DNA from: Candidatus Nanopelagicales bacterium | GTDB lineage: Bacteria > Actinomycetota > Actinomycetes > S36-B12 > UBA5976 | NCBI GenBank assembly: GCA_030834185.1 | Contig: JAURFT010000004.1 | Location: 1-62,634 of the forward strand | DNA: 62,634 bases | Direction of reading: 5' to 3' | In this document: positions 1 through 9,736 of the stretch, one piece after another | Layout of the letters: each line of letters starts with the position of its first letter | Numbering within the stretch: the first letter of the stretch is position 1 | Notes under the pieces: generated by a model | Seen by the model: only the letters and a program-made list of their open reading frames with translations | Databases searched by the model: none | What the model was told of the DNA's origin: nothing | Position numbers and translations under genes: made by a program

Positions 1-357
1 GCAGGGAGTTTGTGCAGCAGGTAGCTGTACCTGTGTGATTGGGGTCGTTGTTTGAGTCGTAGTTGGAGTTGTTATAGGCGACGCGGCTGGTTTTGCAGCT
101 TTTTTGGCTTGTATTCGCCAAGTCAGTTTCTTACCACTTTTTTTACAAACAAAAGTTTTACCAGATTTAACAATTTTGATACTAGCTTTAGTGCAGACAG
201 CACCAGCCTTAACTTTAGTAGCAGGAGTTGCCATTGGCACTGCTAGCGAGAACAGCATCACAGCTGCAGTTCCGATCGAAAGCACTTTTGTAGTTTGGGG
301 TTCCAGGCCAATTGAGTCGGCGATAGCAACCCCATTTTGAACGCAACTCACGCACAT
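1..357 (-). CDS. Secreted protein, 5' part only (runs off the window): signal/TM segment, Cys-pair Lys-rich module, Thr/Pro-rich linker
   Basis: Absent from the ORF track because no stop lies in the window. Manual translation from ATG at 357: MCVSCVQNGVAIADSIGLEPQTTKVLSIGTAAVMLFSLAVPMATPATKVKAGAVCTKASIKIVKSGKTFVCKKSGKKLTWRIQAKKAAKPAASPITTPTTTQ...; GGGGG SD-like sequence upstream. Confidence 0.85.
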   Translation of the reverse strand, partial: MCVSCVQNGVAIADSIGLEPQTTKVLSIGTAAVMLFSLAVPMATPATKVKAGAVCTKASIKIVKSGKTFVCKKSGKKLTWRIQAKKAAKPAASPITTPTTTQTTTPITQVQLPAAQTPC

Positions 358-459
358 ATCAATTACCCCCTATGGGCTAACTTCTGGCAACATCATCCGG
401 CTCAAAATCAGCTTAGTTGAAATCACCTAGTTGATACTAGTTTATAGAAACTGCTTTAA

Positions 460-1212
460 TCAATTATTTGGCTCAAGCTCAGGTTCACCCTTATTGGCAA
501 CAAATGTCCGCCAGATCATCAGGGAGATAATATAAATTGGTGCGATCAGCAATATTGGCTTTAAGACATCAGGTCCGGTTGGATACTCAAGCGAAAGCGC
601 TGTCATTGCTAGAAAATAGACTGCTGCCAAACTCAAAGTCAAAGGACGCAGGGTTTTTACTTTAATCAAGTGTGGAAATTTTAAATTCGTTAACTGCAAT
701 AGACAAATAACAATAGAGCTAATAATTACCCAGCTGCTGTTGATCTCAAGAATTAGCATTGTTGGTATGACCAAGTTCCATGAGGCTGGAAAGCCATTAA
801 ACCAAAAATCTTCAGTTTCTTGATCGCTACGTGCAAACCAAAGCGCGTAGGTGAAGAAAATAAGGGAAGCAATAACTATGTCCCAACCAGGTGGCAGCAT
901 CTGTAGCTCAATCATCAAAACTACCGGAACTACCACGCAAGTTGCATAATCAATTACTAAATCAAGGGTATGGCCATTAAGTTGTGGAGCATGGGTTTTA
1001 ACATCTAATTTTCTTGCAATTGGGCCATCAAATCCATCAAGCAGCTGACAGACAATTAACCAGATCAAACCTTCTCTGATTCGGCCATCCAAGATGGCAG
1101 CTAGCGCTAATAAGCCAGCAATTGCGCCCAACGCGGTAAAGGCATGCACGCTAAATCCAGCAACTACCAGTCTTCGCTCGGTTAATTTCATAATGTCGAA
1201 CAGTAGTGCCAA
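460..1212 (-). CDS. pcs: Phosphatidylcholine synthase-like CDP-alcohol phosphatidyltransferase
   Basis: CDP-alcohol motif DGFDGPIAR...G..LDLVID, N-terminal VHAFTA and FNGFPASWN typical of Pcs; multi-TM; true start may be the internal ATG (MKLTERR). Confidence 0.75.
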   Translation of the reverse strand: MALLFDIMKLTERRLVVAGFSVHAFTALGAIAGLLALAAILDGRIREGLIWLIVCQLLDGFDGPIARKLDVKTHAPQLNGHTLDLVIDYATCVVVPVVLMIELQMLPPGWDIVIASLIFFTYALWFARSDQETEDFWFNGFPASWNLVIPTMLILEINSSWVIISSIVICLLQLTNLKFPHLIKVKTLRPLTLSLAAVYFLAMTALSLEYPTGPDVLKPILLIAPIYIISLMIWRTFVANKGEPELEPNN

Positions 1213-1294
1213 TTGTTTAAGGCGATTTTTTAGATCAGGCAGAAGGATAGAGGCTAGAAAGTGCTTTATTTGTGTTGATATCTAAAAACTCTTG

Positions 1295-1552
1295 TTAGTT
1301 AAGCAGCGGACTGCACACTGACTCTGCTTCACCTTGAGCTGCCTCAGCTGGATCTCCCCCATTGGGGGTCATGCCATTAGTGAATGAGTCATCAACATAA
1401 TTTTTGACACAAGTTTCAAATTTACTCTGCGAGTTAGCAGGATCTGGGTTATTAGCTGAATTTGCACAACCCGATGTCAGTAACAAAGCCGATGCTGCCA
1501 GCAGCGCAATTTTTAATAAGCTGCCAAACCCGTGCTTCATAATTTCAATCAC
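1295..1552 (-). CDS. Small putative lipoprotein
   Basis: Signal peptide ending LLTSGC (lipobox), two further Cys. Confidence 0.65.
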   Translation of the reverse strand: MIEIMKHGFGSLLKIALLAASALLLTSGCANSANNPDPANSQSKFETCVKNYVDDSFTNGMTPNGGDPAEAAQGEAESVCSPLLN

Positions 1553-1799
1553 CTATTCGCTGTTGCTGCTCCTTGATGGGAACTAATTTACTGCCTACAG
1601 CCATAGTTGCACCAATTAATATCAAATTTTTAATACTGTCTTGACCCTCTAACCTGCAAGTTGGCCTTATTCATCCCTATCTTTAATATCTCTAACCAAA
1701 AATTTGAAGGATTTCCTCTAAAGACACTAGCTGCTAATAATCAGAACTGCAGATTCTGACATATTTAACTGATCACAGAAACTGCTGAATTTGATTTTG

Positions 1800-1886
1800 T
1801 TATAACCATAAATAAATACTGCCAAGAATGGTTAAAAAGGCAGTCACTAGAAATACATCCCAAAGTGGATCTCTTGGGGCCTTCAT
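1800..1886 (-). CDS. Putative 28-aa single-TM small protein (MKAPRDPLWDVFLVTAFLTILGSIYLWL)
   Basis: Manual translation; AGAGGGAG SD 6 nt upstream of ATG; one hydrophobic helix; below the ORF-track cutoff. Confidence 0.55.
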   Translation of the reverse strand: MKAPRDPLWDVFLVTAFLTILGSIYLWL

Positions 1887-1944
1887 GCTTCGCTCCCTCT
1901 TGCTCTAGGCGCTAAATTCTAAATCAGGTTTGCAAAATTGCATA

Positions 1945-2532
1945 TTACTTTGGCACCGGCGAATAGCCCAGCACCTTTAGCGCTCCTTGTTTATTAGCTT
2001 TCACTAATACCCCTTCGCCAGAATCTAGTGAAACCCCAGTAAGTGCTGCGACGTTAACAAAGTGTCCAACCATAACTAGCAAACCACTTTTTTGACGGTG
2101 TTTAATAATTCGCTGCTTGATCCTTGCGGTTTGAATGTTATTTACTGGATCGGCAACTTGAAACAGCGAATCCAGATTCTTATTTAATCTCACTTTACCC
2201 AAATCAAGCAGCTTTGCAGTTTCGTTAGCCCGGCACCATCTGCTGGATTCAACACGAAGCACTTTTACCTGCTGGCTCTTAAGCCAGCTACCAATTTCAG
2301 CTGCATCTTTTCGACCACTGGCAGAAAGATTTCGCTGGGTAGTGCAATCTCCTAATTTGAAATTTGCTGGATCTCCACCTCCTGGCGCATAGGCATGGCG
2401 CATAAGAAGAACATAGCCTTTTGGATTGCCGCTTTGTAGTTTCTCCCAAACCTCCAACTCGTTGGCAGAAGTTGTAGTTGGTGATAGCGCAACTGAAAGC
2501 GCTGTAAGCAGGGTTAGGACTAGCTTGCGCAT
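1945..2532 (-). CDS. Secreted histidine phosphatase (phosphoglycerate mutase-like) family protein
   Basis: LLMRHA catalytic motif, SSRWCRANETA, LVMVGH; signal peptide. Confidence 0.85.
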   Translation of the reverse strand: MRKLVLTLLTALSVALSPTTTSANELEVWEKLQSGNPKGYVLLMRHAYAPGGGDPANFKLGDCTTQRNLSASGRKDAAEIGSWLKSQQVKVLRVESSRWCRANETAKLLDLGKVRLNKNLDSLFQVADPVNNIQTARIKQRIIKHRQKSGLLVMVGHFVNVAALTGVSLDSGEGVLVKANKQGALKVLGYSPVPK

Positions 2533-2773
2533 TTACTCCCCCTACTAGCTATGTTGGTAACGGAACTGTAATAGCGAAATTTGAAATCTGCATCAGCACT
2601 TTAAAGGGGTTTAAATCTGAAGTCACCATTAACATCAAGCAAACCAATTTCAGGGAACTCAGCCTTCCTGCCCAAAGCGGTTGCCTAAATCCCTCAACAG
2701 AATATTTCATGGTACTCAATGAACGCAAATGAGTTATCAGTTAATTGGAAGCTCGGACACTGGTGATTCTTTA

Positions 2774-4066
2774 CTAAAGGTCAATAACGCTATATGGTTT
2801 TGATTTGTTACGAGAATGCGTATCTAGGCTAATCAAAATGACTACAATCGAAACTAAAATTACAGATACTCCCCCAAGCATTAATGTTTCTTGTGGTCCA
2901 AAAAGATCAGCAAATAAACCTACCGCCGGCCCACCAATAGCCATACTGCCGCTAAACACAACTGTGTAGATGCCAAGAATTTTGCCTCGAATTGCATATG
3001 GCGTGTGATGTTGGATAAGCGAGTTTGCAGCGATTGTTGTGAGCAGCGCAAATAATCCAGAAAGCCCCAGCATCGCGGCATAACTCACAAGTGTTGGCGA
3101 GGCTCCTGCTCCCAATTGCCACACTCCAAACAACAGCGCAGTGGCAGCAAGTTTAACAACTGGCACACTGGAGTTTCTGTGTGCTGAAATCAATCCACCA
3201 AATAGTGCACCAATTGCAGTAGTTGAACTCAGTAAGCCGTAACCGGCAGCTCCTAGTCCAAAGATATTTACTGCAACTAATGCAGTTGTAATTTGAAAGT
3301 TAAGTCCAAAATATGCCAGCGTAGCAACGATGAACATTGCTTTAACAATAGCTTTGTCAGCCCAGATAAATTTTAAAGTCGCAAAGAAATTAACATCATC
3401 TTTAGCTACCTCATGAGTTGTATGCAAACTACCATTTCGAGCACTTAAAATCAGTACAGCAAAAAACGCGTAGGCCAATGAGCTAGCAAATAATGACGCC
3501 GGCACTCCTAATACACTAACCGTAATACCCGCTATGGCTGGTCCAATAATTCGGGCCAGATTGAAATTCACCGAATTCAAACTCACCGCATTTGATACAT
3601 TTTGTTCACCAACTAAATCTGACATTAGTGAATGACGAATAGGCATATCAATTGCCGAAAATATTCCCACAACCAGAGCAAAGGTATACACAATCCAAAC
3701 CTTTTGATTCTCGGTGAAAACTATTGCAGCCAAAGTCAAGCCACTTAGTGAAATTACAGCAGAGCAGATTGCCAATATCTTCTTTTTGTTATATCTGTCT
3801 CCAAGGCTTCCGCCATAGAAGCTAAAGAAAATTGCAGGTGCAAACTGCAAGCCGGTGATAATGCCCAGCGCAACTCCGCTGCCCGTTAACTCAAGAATTA
3901 ACCAATCTTGGGCAATGCGATGCATCCAGGTGCCAAGATTCATCACAAAAGTACCAGTTGCATATTTGCGATACTGTCGAAAATCCAAAGACACAAAGGT
4001 TCGCTTTGAAGCAGTTTTTATCGATACTCTTTCAGAGGCCCGATTAGCACTTCGCTTAATTTGCAT
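2774..4066 (-). CDS. MFS transporter (MFS_3/DHA3-like)
   Basis: About 12 TM; GTWMHRIAQDWLILELTGS, GSLGDRYNKKK motif A; paralogue of 48776..50041. Confidence 0.9.
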   Translation of the reverse strand: MQIKRSANRASERVSIKTASKRTFVSLDFRQYRKYATGTFVMNLGTWMHRIAQDWLILELTGSGVALGIITGLQFAPAIFFSFYGGSLGDRYNKKKILAICSAVISLSGLTLAAIVFTENQKVWIVYTFALVVGIFSAIDMPIRHSLMSDLVGEQNVSNAVSLNSVNFNLARIIGPAIAGITVSVLGVPASLFASSLAYAFFAVLILSARNGSLHTTHEVAKDDVNFFATLKFIWADKAIVKAMFIVATLAYFGLNFQITTALVAVNIFGLGAAGYGLLSSTTAIGALFGGLISAHRNSSVPVVKLAATALLFGVWQLGAGASPTLVSYAAMLGLSGLFALLTTIAANSLIQHHTPYAIRGKILGIYTVVFSGSMAIGGPAVGLFADLFGPQETLMLGGVSVILVSIVVILISLDTHSRNKSKPYSVIDL

Positions 4067-4084
4067 TAAATTTTCAGTCAGAGA

Positions 4085-4888
4085 TTACTTGTTGTAATCC
4101 CTGACCAGTTCAGCCTTGAGGTCAGTTGTCCAACCACGTTGGAAGTAGTAGGAACTTACGATTTCGGTTGGCTGAAAGGCTTCTAGCTCCTCATTGCTGC
4201 CATCTAGGAAATTAACAAAACCATCACCTTTCCAGGCATTAATCGTGGTGGCATTGCCCAGGTTTAGTCCAAATAAATGCTTGCTATCTGGTACATCAGG
4301 AGATGGCGATGGCAGGTATCGATATGTGTAGATACGGTGGCCGTACGACGGAATACCATCATCTGGCAATTTCTCAGTTAGCGTGATTCCCATATCAACA
4401 ATTCTGGTACCAAAGCGATCTACTTGACCACGAAGTCGGGTACCAACTCCAAGCTTTGGCAATCCTGGGTTTGCTGGCTGCAGTTTGGTCTTAAATACCT
4501 GAGCTTGTTTTTTTGCAAAACCCATGTAATGACCAAATACCACTGACCATTCTTCGGAGACCCAAATAAATGCACTGAATCGTCCTGGCACGTTGTCGTA
4601 CTTAACGTAAAAGCCAACTAGGCCCTCGTTGTATTGAGTGCGTTGTGGTTCGTCAAATTCTTGACCTGGATGTGATTCGCTGACTTTCACCATATCGGCA
4701 ACATATACATAGCCTAAACAATCATCTGTTAATGATAAGCCTTCTGGCAAGTAAGGGGTGACAACTTTTGGATCAACGCGGAAGTTAACTTGAATTGCAT
4801 CTGCACTAATGTGGTGTGGCGGGTTTTCAACTAGTGAAGCTTTGCCATTTGGTGATACTGGATTTCCAAAACCGATTGGACCAACCAT
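4085..4888 (-). CDS. Acetoacetate decarboxylase (ADC)-like family protein
   Basis: QYNEGLV segment, GHYMGFAKK Schiff-base Lys region, YRYLPSP, size about 270 aa. Confidence 0.75.
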   Translation of the reverse strand: MVGPIGFGNPVSPNGKASLVENPPHHISADAIQVNFRVDPKVVTPYLPEGLSLTDDCLGYVYVADMVKVSESHPGQEFDEPQRTQYNEGLVGFYVKYDNVPGRFSAFIWVSEEWSVVFGHYMGFAKKQAQVFKTKLQPANPGLPKLGVGTRLRGQVDRFGTRIVDMGITLTEKLPDDGIPSYGHRIYTYRYLPSPSPDVPDSKHLFGLNLGNATTINAWKGDGFVNFLDGSNEELEAFQPTEIVSSYYFQRGWTTDLKAELVRDYNK

Positions 4889-4926
4889 GCTGAAAGCTCC
4901 TTTTCATAAGTACAAAAAAAATGATT

Positions 4927-4942
4927 TGTGACTTGGGTCACA
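4927..4942. promoter_or_regulatory. CRP/GlxR-family binding site
   Basis: TGTGA-CTTGGG-TCACA, perfect TGTGA-N6-TCACA, in a divergent intergenic region. Confidence 0.7.
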
Positions 4943-4964
4943 ACCTTTAAAACCCTGCGCTTTT

Positions 4965-4994
4965 AGTATAGGCTTCCACGAAGTTCGAGGTCAA
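4965..4994 (-). promoter_or_regulatory. Housekeeping-sigma promoter for the ADC-MFS operon
   Basis: Minus strand TTGACC-N18-TATACT. Confidence 0.55.
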
Positions 4995-5045
4995 GAGTAT
5001 TTAATCTGTTATCGACAAACCAGAACCAACTCTGAAGGGTTTGAA

Positions 5046-6068
5046 ATGAATATTGACACGCATTCACACTATTGGCCAAAAAGTTTTCTTCAAGCCATGC
5101 ACTCTGGAAAGGATTTTTTTGGCTGGAAGCCAGAAAAAGTTGGCGGCAAATTAGCAATCTCACTTGGTGAAACCACACTCACATTTCCAGTGCCTGAGAC
5201 TGATCTAGACGATTTAGATACAAGATACGAAACTCGAAATGCTTATCAACCCATTTCAATGGAAGCTCTTCAAATTGTTGGTTTTCTTTGGTGCCAACAT
5301 TTAGATGAGACAGATGCAGCAAAATACACATCTCTTGTTAACGATGAGCTCAGCGCAGTCCAAGCAAAGCGACCAGATCGCTACCGCGGCTTAGGGCTTG
5401 TGCCAATTCAAAGTGTGGAACTAGCAGAGCGAGAAATTAAGCGGTTGAAAAATGAATTAGGAATTACTTCACTAGCAATGCCAACTTCATATCGGGATCA
5501 AAATTCCGATGAAGGCAATCTACTAAAAATCATTGAAATTGCAGCAAAAGAAGATATGTCAATGTCATTTCATGCAACTTACTTAAATCCTGTTGGCAAC
5601 GATCGGTATCCAAGGTATTACTTCATGAATAGCTTTGGAGCTCCAGCTGAAACATCACTTTCTTTAATGTCACTTATTTATTCTGGCTTTTTTGATCGCT
5701 TCCCAGAAGCTCGAGTTCAATTCATGCAAGGTGGTGGCTGCGTGCCATACAGCGTGATGCGGTTTACGCAACGTTACGAAGAACGTGAAGACTGCCGCGT
5801 AATGGCAGAACCGCCACATAAGTATTTAAATAAAATCTATTTTGACTGCCTAACCCATGATGATCTATCACTGCGCTTGCTGATTAATCGTGCTGGAATT
5901 GACAAAATTATGATTGGCACTGACTATCCATTTAAGAGCGATCATCCAGGTGGATCATCAAATTGGATTCGCTCTGGAGTGTTAGAGCCAGACGAAATCG
6001 AGCAAGTTGCTTATAAAAATGCAGCTAGATTCCTAAAACTACCAAAAGATCTTCTTCCTGCCTCATGA
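5046..6068 (+). CDS. Amidohydrolase_2 family protein (ACMSD-like decarboxylase/hydratase)
   Basis: DTHSH, SFHAT, MQGGG (His replaced by Gln), IYFDCL, GTDYPF. Confidence 0.9.
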   Translation: MNIDTHSHYWPKSFLQAMHSGKDFFGWKPEKVGGKLAISLGETTLTFPVPETDLDDLDTRYETRNAYQPISMEALQIVGFLWCQHLDETDAAKYTSLVNDELSAVQAKRPDRYRGLGLVPIQSVELAEREIKRLKNELGITSLAMPTSYRDQNSDEGNLLKIIEIAAKEDMSMSFHATYLNPVGNDRYPRYYFMNSFGAPAETSLSLMSLIYSGFFDRFPEARVQFMQGGGCVPYSVMRFTQRYEEREDCRVMAEPPHKYLNKIYFDCLTHDDLSLRLLINRAGIDKIMIGTDYPFKSDHPGGSSNWIRSGVLEPDEIEQVAYKNAARFLKLPKDLLPAS

Positions 6069-7294
6069 GCGTAAAGCACCTTGACTATGTTGGTGATCGA
6101 ACCGCTGCCAACAGTGCGCTAATTGTGATAGATGTGCAGTGCGCATTTACCGAAAGCTCACTGTTTGGCATCGCTTCAGCTCAAAGCGTGCTTGACAATA
6201 TAAATAGTGCAGTTGATCGTGCTCGAGGGCTTGGTATGCCAGTGATCTGGGTGCGTTATCAAGTTCGCACCGAGGTTGGACTAGGACTAACCAGTAAGCG
6301 TTATGGCGTTGAGGATCTGCATACTGGCGAAGGCACTGAGCTGGATCCACAGCTGCATTTTGTGCCTGGTGATGAAGTGATTATCAAGCCAAGACAGAGT
6401 TCGTTTTACGCCACCGATTTAGAGTATTTGTTGCGCAGCAAGGGTATTAAGTATGTCTGCATAGCAGGAGTGACAACAAATGTCTGTGTGCTTGCAGCTG
6501 TAAAAGATGCCAGTGAGCGAGATTTCGCCGTTACGATGTTAGAAGACTGCACAGCAGCTTTACCAATTCTGCGCGATGAGGTTGAAGTCATGAGTGCCGC
6601 AGAAGTACAAGCTGCCGCTTGCAACTTCATACGTTGGGCATATGGTCCAGTTGAAGATCATAAGAGCGTATTTGATCAGATTGAAGCCAATGCAAACTTT
6701 CAAGCAGCACCAGTTGAACAAAAATCTGCGCTAATCATTATCGATCTACAAAACACTTTCACTCAGCCAACGTCACCACTTTCAGTTGAAGCCGCTCATG
6801 AACTCATTGATAGCATCAATAAGTTAGCTGAAAAAGCGCGTATCCAAGGAGTTCCAGTTATCTGGGTAAAACGCGAAGATCGCAGCTCAGTTGGGCCAGG
6901 AATCACTGCAAGCAGATATGGAAGAACTGGAATTCACCGTGATGGCGGTGCTCAATTTGATAGCAAGCTCGATTTGCAGCCTGGTGATTTAACCCTAACT
7001 AAGCGTCGACAGAGTTCGTTTTATTCCAGCGACCTTGAGATTGTGCTGCGCGGGCTAGATGTCACCAGACTTTACTTAGTTGGGGTCACAACAAATGTAT
7101 GCGTACTCGGTACTGCGAAAGATGCTGCTGAGCGAGATTTTGATGTGAATGTGGTTGTTGATGCAACAGCATCACTACCGATAGTTGTGGATTCAGAAAC
7201 TAAATTATCTACAGCTGACACGCAATTTGCCGCTGTTAATTTCATTGCTTGGGCATATGGAAAATTGGTAAACTCAAAAGACATCTTCAACTAG
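6065..7294 (+). CDS. Tandem two-domain isochorismatase-family cysteine hydrolase
   Basis: Two repeats, each with the Asp-Lys-Cys triad: IDVQ/IDLQ, KPRQSSF/KRRQSSF, GVTTNVCV. Confidence 0.9.
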   Translation: MSVKHLDYVGDRTAANSALIVIDVQCAFTESSLFGIASAQSVLDNINSAVDRARGLGMPVIWVRYQVRTEVGLGLTSKRYGVEDLHTGEGTELDPQLHFVPGDEVIIKPRQSSFYATDLEYLLRSKGIKYVCIAGVTTNVCVLAAVKDASERDFAVTMLEDCTAALPILRDEVEVMSAAEVQAAACNFIRWAYGPVEDHKSVFDQIEANANFQAAPVEQKSALIIIDLQNTFTQPTSPLSVEAAHELIDSINKLAEKARIQGVPVIWVKREDRSSVGPGITASRYGRTGIHRDGGAQFDSKLDLQPGDLTLTKRRQSSFYSSDLEIVLRGLDVTRLYLVGVTTNVCVLGTAKDAAERDFDVNVVVDATASLPIVVDSETKLSTADTQFAAVNFIAWAYGKLVNSKDIFN

Positions 7295-7303
7295 GAGCCG
7301 AAC

Positions 7304-8656
7304 TTGTATAAATCACCGCTTGGAGATCTGCGCAAATCAGTTGATGAGATTGCGAGCTATCAGGATCAAGCACTGGCCAAAATGACTAAATTAATAGCTC
7401 AAAACCACCCTCACTACAAAGCCAAATATTCTCAGCTTGGGCTAGATATCGCGAGCATAACCACTTTAGCCAAGCTGGAATCAATTCCTGTTACTGAAAA
7501 AATGGAGTTTGTAAATAGCCCAGAGAACTTTCGAATGCAGTCAGCTATTGATGCGCCAGATGAATATGTAATTTGGGATATTGTTTATACAGCAGGCACC
7601 AGTTCCTCGCCCACTCCGATCTACCAAACCAGCTACGACTTCCGCGGTATTTTGTTGGCCCAGGTTCGAATGGCTGAGATTCGTGGGATGAGTAACAAGT
7701 CACGAATTATGAATCTGTATCCAATCACTGCCCATCCGCATGGAGCTTGGTTGCGAGCAAACAATGCTGCTGCTGCACTTGGTTGTGCCATAACTGCTGG
7801 TATGAGTGGCAGGGACTTTGGTTCGTTTGAGCTAACTCGAAAAACTGCTGAGATTGTTGAATTGACACTGCAATCAAATCCAACTGCGCTCTGGGGCGTG
7901 CCTTCATATATCCGCGAAGTGTTAAGTCAGATCTTGGCAAAAGGTGGCAAACTGCCTGCGTTGGACATGATTGCCGTTAGCGGCGAGCCTTGCACCCAAG
8001 CAATGCGAGCTTCGCTTACTGAATTAGCTGAAAGTGTTTCTGATGTCCCAGTTGTAGTTTCAGACAGCCTTGGTGCCTCTGAGCTGCAGTGTGGATTAGT
8101 TGAATGTACCCTGGGTGCTGGTTTTCATAATCCCGCACCCGAACTATTCTTACTAGAAGCACTGGATGAGAACGGCAAGCGAGTATCTGAGGGTGAAATT
8201 GGTAGTTTGGCAATTACCCATCTTGATCGACGTGGCACTGTTTTGCTGCGTTATTTATTAGGTGACAAAGTTCAGATTACTTATGAAAACTGCGATAATT
8301 GTGGTCGCGGTGGCGGCAGAATTGTGGCGCATAAGGGCCGCGAAGGTCGCTTTACCAAAATTCGTGGCAATATGGTAAATCTTGATGAACTGTTAAAAAT
8401 ATTGGCTGATGATAAAGCAATTGTCGAGTACCAAATAGAGATTCATAAGCAGTCAAAAACTGATCCACTTTCACTAGATGAACTAACTGTTCGAGTTGTG
8501 CCTGGTGCGGGCTGTGACACAGCTGCAATTGGAAAACGGGTTGCTGCCGCAATCAGGATTACTCCTGTGGTGCAAGAAGTAACTCGAGATCAGATTTGGG
8601 GAAACAACACAAGTTTGAAAGCAACCAGAATCATTGACTCTCGTGACTACAACTAA
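7304..8656 (+). CDS. Phenylacetate-CoA ligase (PaaK)-like adenylate-forming enzyme
   Basis: YTAGTSSSP P-loop, SGEP, LGASE, LLRYLLGD, CDNCGR, C-terminal KATRIIDSR. Confidence 0.85.
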   Translation: MYKSPLGDLRKSVDEIASYQDQALAKMTKLIAQNHPHYKAKYSQLGLDIASITTLAKLESIPVTEKMEFVNSPENFRMQSAIDAPDEYVIWDIVYTAGTSSSPTPIYQTSYDFRGILLAQVRMAEIRGMSNKSRIMNLYPITAHPHGAWLRANNAAAALGCAITAGMSGRDFGSFELTRKTAEIVELTLQSNPTALWGVPSYIREVLSQILAKGGKLPALDMIAVSGEPCTQAMRASLTELAESVSDVPVVVSDSLGASELQCGLVECTLGAGFHNPAPELFLLEALDENGKRVSEGEIGSLAITHLDRRGTVLLRYLLGDKVQITYENCDNCGRGGGRIVAHKGREGRFTKIRGNMVNLDELLKILADDKAIVEYQIEIHKQSKTDPLSLDELTVRVVPGAGCDTAAIGKRVAAAIRITPVVQEVTRDQIWGNNTSLKATRIIDSRDYN

Positions 8657-8682
8657 GTAAAAGCCTAATTAAGGACCTAAAA

Positions 8683-9708
8683 ATGACCTCAGTTCAGCCA
8701 ATAGGTGAAGTAATTGATACCCACTCCCACTATTGGCCAGACGGCATGGTTGCGCAGTTAAAAGCTGGGAAGTTATGGCATGGCTGGGAGTTAACTAAAA
8801 CATCAACTGGCAAATCAGCTGTTGCACGCGGAGCTCGCGTAGCTCCTTTTGAATTTGATGAATACGCTGGAGATCTAACCCTACGTCGAGCTAAGCGGCT
8901 TGAACTAGAAAATATCTCAGCTGAGCTGCTGATGGTGCCTTCTTTTTTATGGGGTTATGAAATGCCAGCAGCTGATGCAGCACCAATGTGCCGCGATATC
9001 AATCGTGAAATGGCTCAAGCCAGCATAACTACAGCCGGAAAAGCCATTGGGCTAGGAGTAGTTCCGCTGCAAGATCCAAAACTCACTGCTACAGAAGCTG
9101 AGTTTGCAGTAAAGGAACTTGGTATTACAGCATTTGCAATTGGTACCAGTGTGGATAAAAAATCCTTTGATGACCCAACTGTGCAAGCCTCGCTATCGGT
9201 GTTGTTTGAAACTGGGTTACCCGTTTTAATCCATGGTGTTTATTTTGACCGGATTGCAGCTGAACGGCTGCCAAATTATTATTTTGGTAACTCGTTTTCC
9301 GTACCGTTAGAAACCAGCGTTGCGCTAATGTCGCTGATCTTCTCAGGTCTACCAGACCAATTCCCAGACCTTCGCCTAGCCACCTCGCACGGCGGAGGTT
9401 GGATTCATTATGGCTTGGGTCGCTTTGAGATGCGATTAGCTCATGGTCACGATCGGGGAAAGATGCAAGGCATGCCATCGGAATATTTAAAGCGTTTCTA
9501 CTACGACTGCTTGGTGCATGATCCAGATACTTTGGCATATTTGATAAGCAAAGTAGGTATTGATCAGATTCTTATCGGCACAGACTTCCCTTTTGGTGGT
9601 GACATTATTGGTGGTTCATCGAATTGGATTAATAATATGCCATTCTTGGACCAAATCGATAAGCAAAAAATCTTCTCTCAAAACGCCAAGAGATTTATGG
9701 GTTGGTAG
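8683..9708 (+). CDS. Amidohydrolase_2 family protein (ACMSD-like)
   Basis: DTHSH, LIHG, SHGGG, YYDCLVH, GTDFPF. Confidence 0.9.
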   Translation: MTSVQPIGEVIDTHSHYWPDGMVAQLKAGKLWHGWELTKTSTGKSAVARGARVAPFEFDEYAGDLTLRRAKRLELENISAELLMVPSFLWGYEMPAADAAPMCRDINREMAQASITTAGKAIGLGVVPLQDPKLTATEAEFAVKELGITAFAIGTSVDKKSFDDPTVQASLSVLFETGLPVLIHGVYFDRIAAERLPNYYFGNSFSVPLETSVALMSLIFSGLPDQFPDLRLATSHGGGWIHYGLGRFEMRLAHGHDRGKMQGMPSEYLKRFYYDCLVHDPDTLAYLISKVGIDQILIGTDFPFGGDIIGGSSNWINNMPFLDQIDKQKIFSQNAKRFMGW

Positions 9709-9736
9709 TCTGTCAAGAAATAATCAAATATATTTT

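Noticed and set aside
52-340. Two short plus-strand ORFs at the window start
   Set aside because: Antisense to the real minus-strand gene 1..357.
2533-2773. Possible gene remnant or attachment site at the left edge of the catabolic block
   Set aside because: Only a short minus-strand peptide (ATALGRKAEFPEIGLLDVNGDFRFKPL) that I cannot assign; no direct repeat matched at the right edge.
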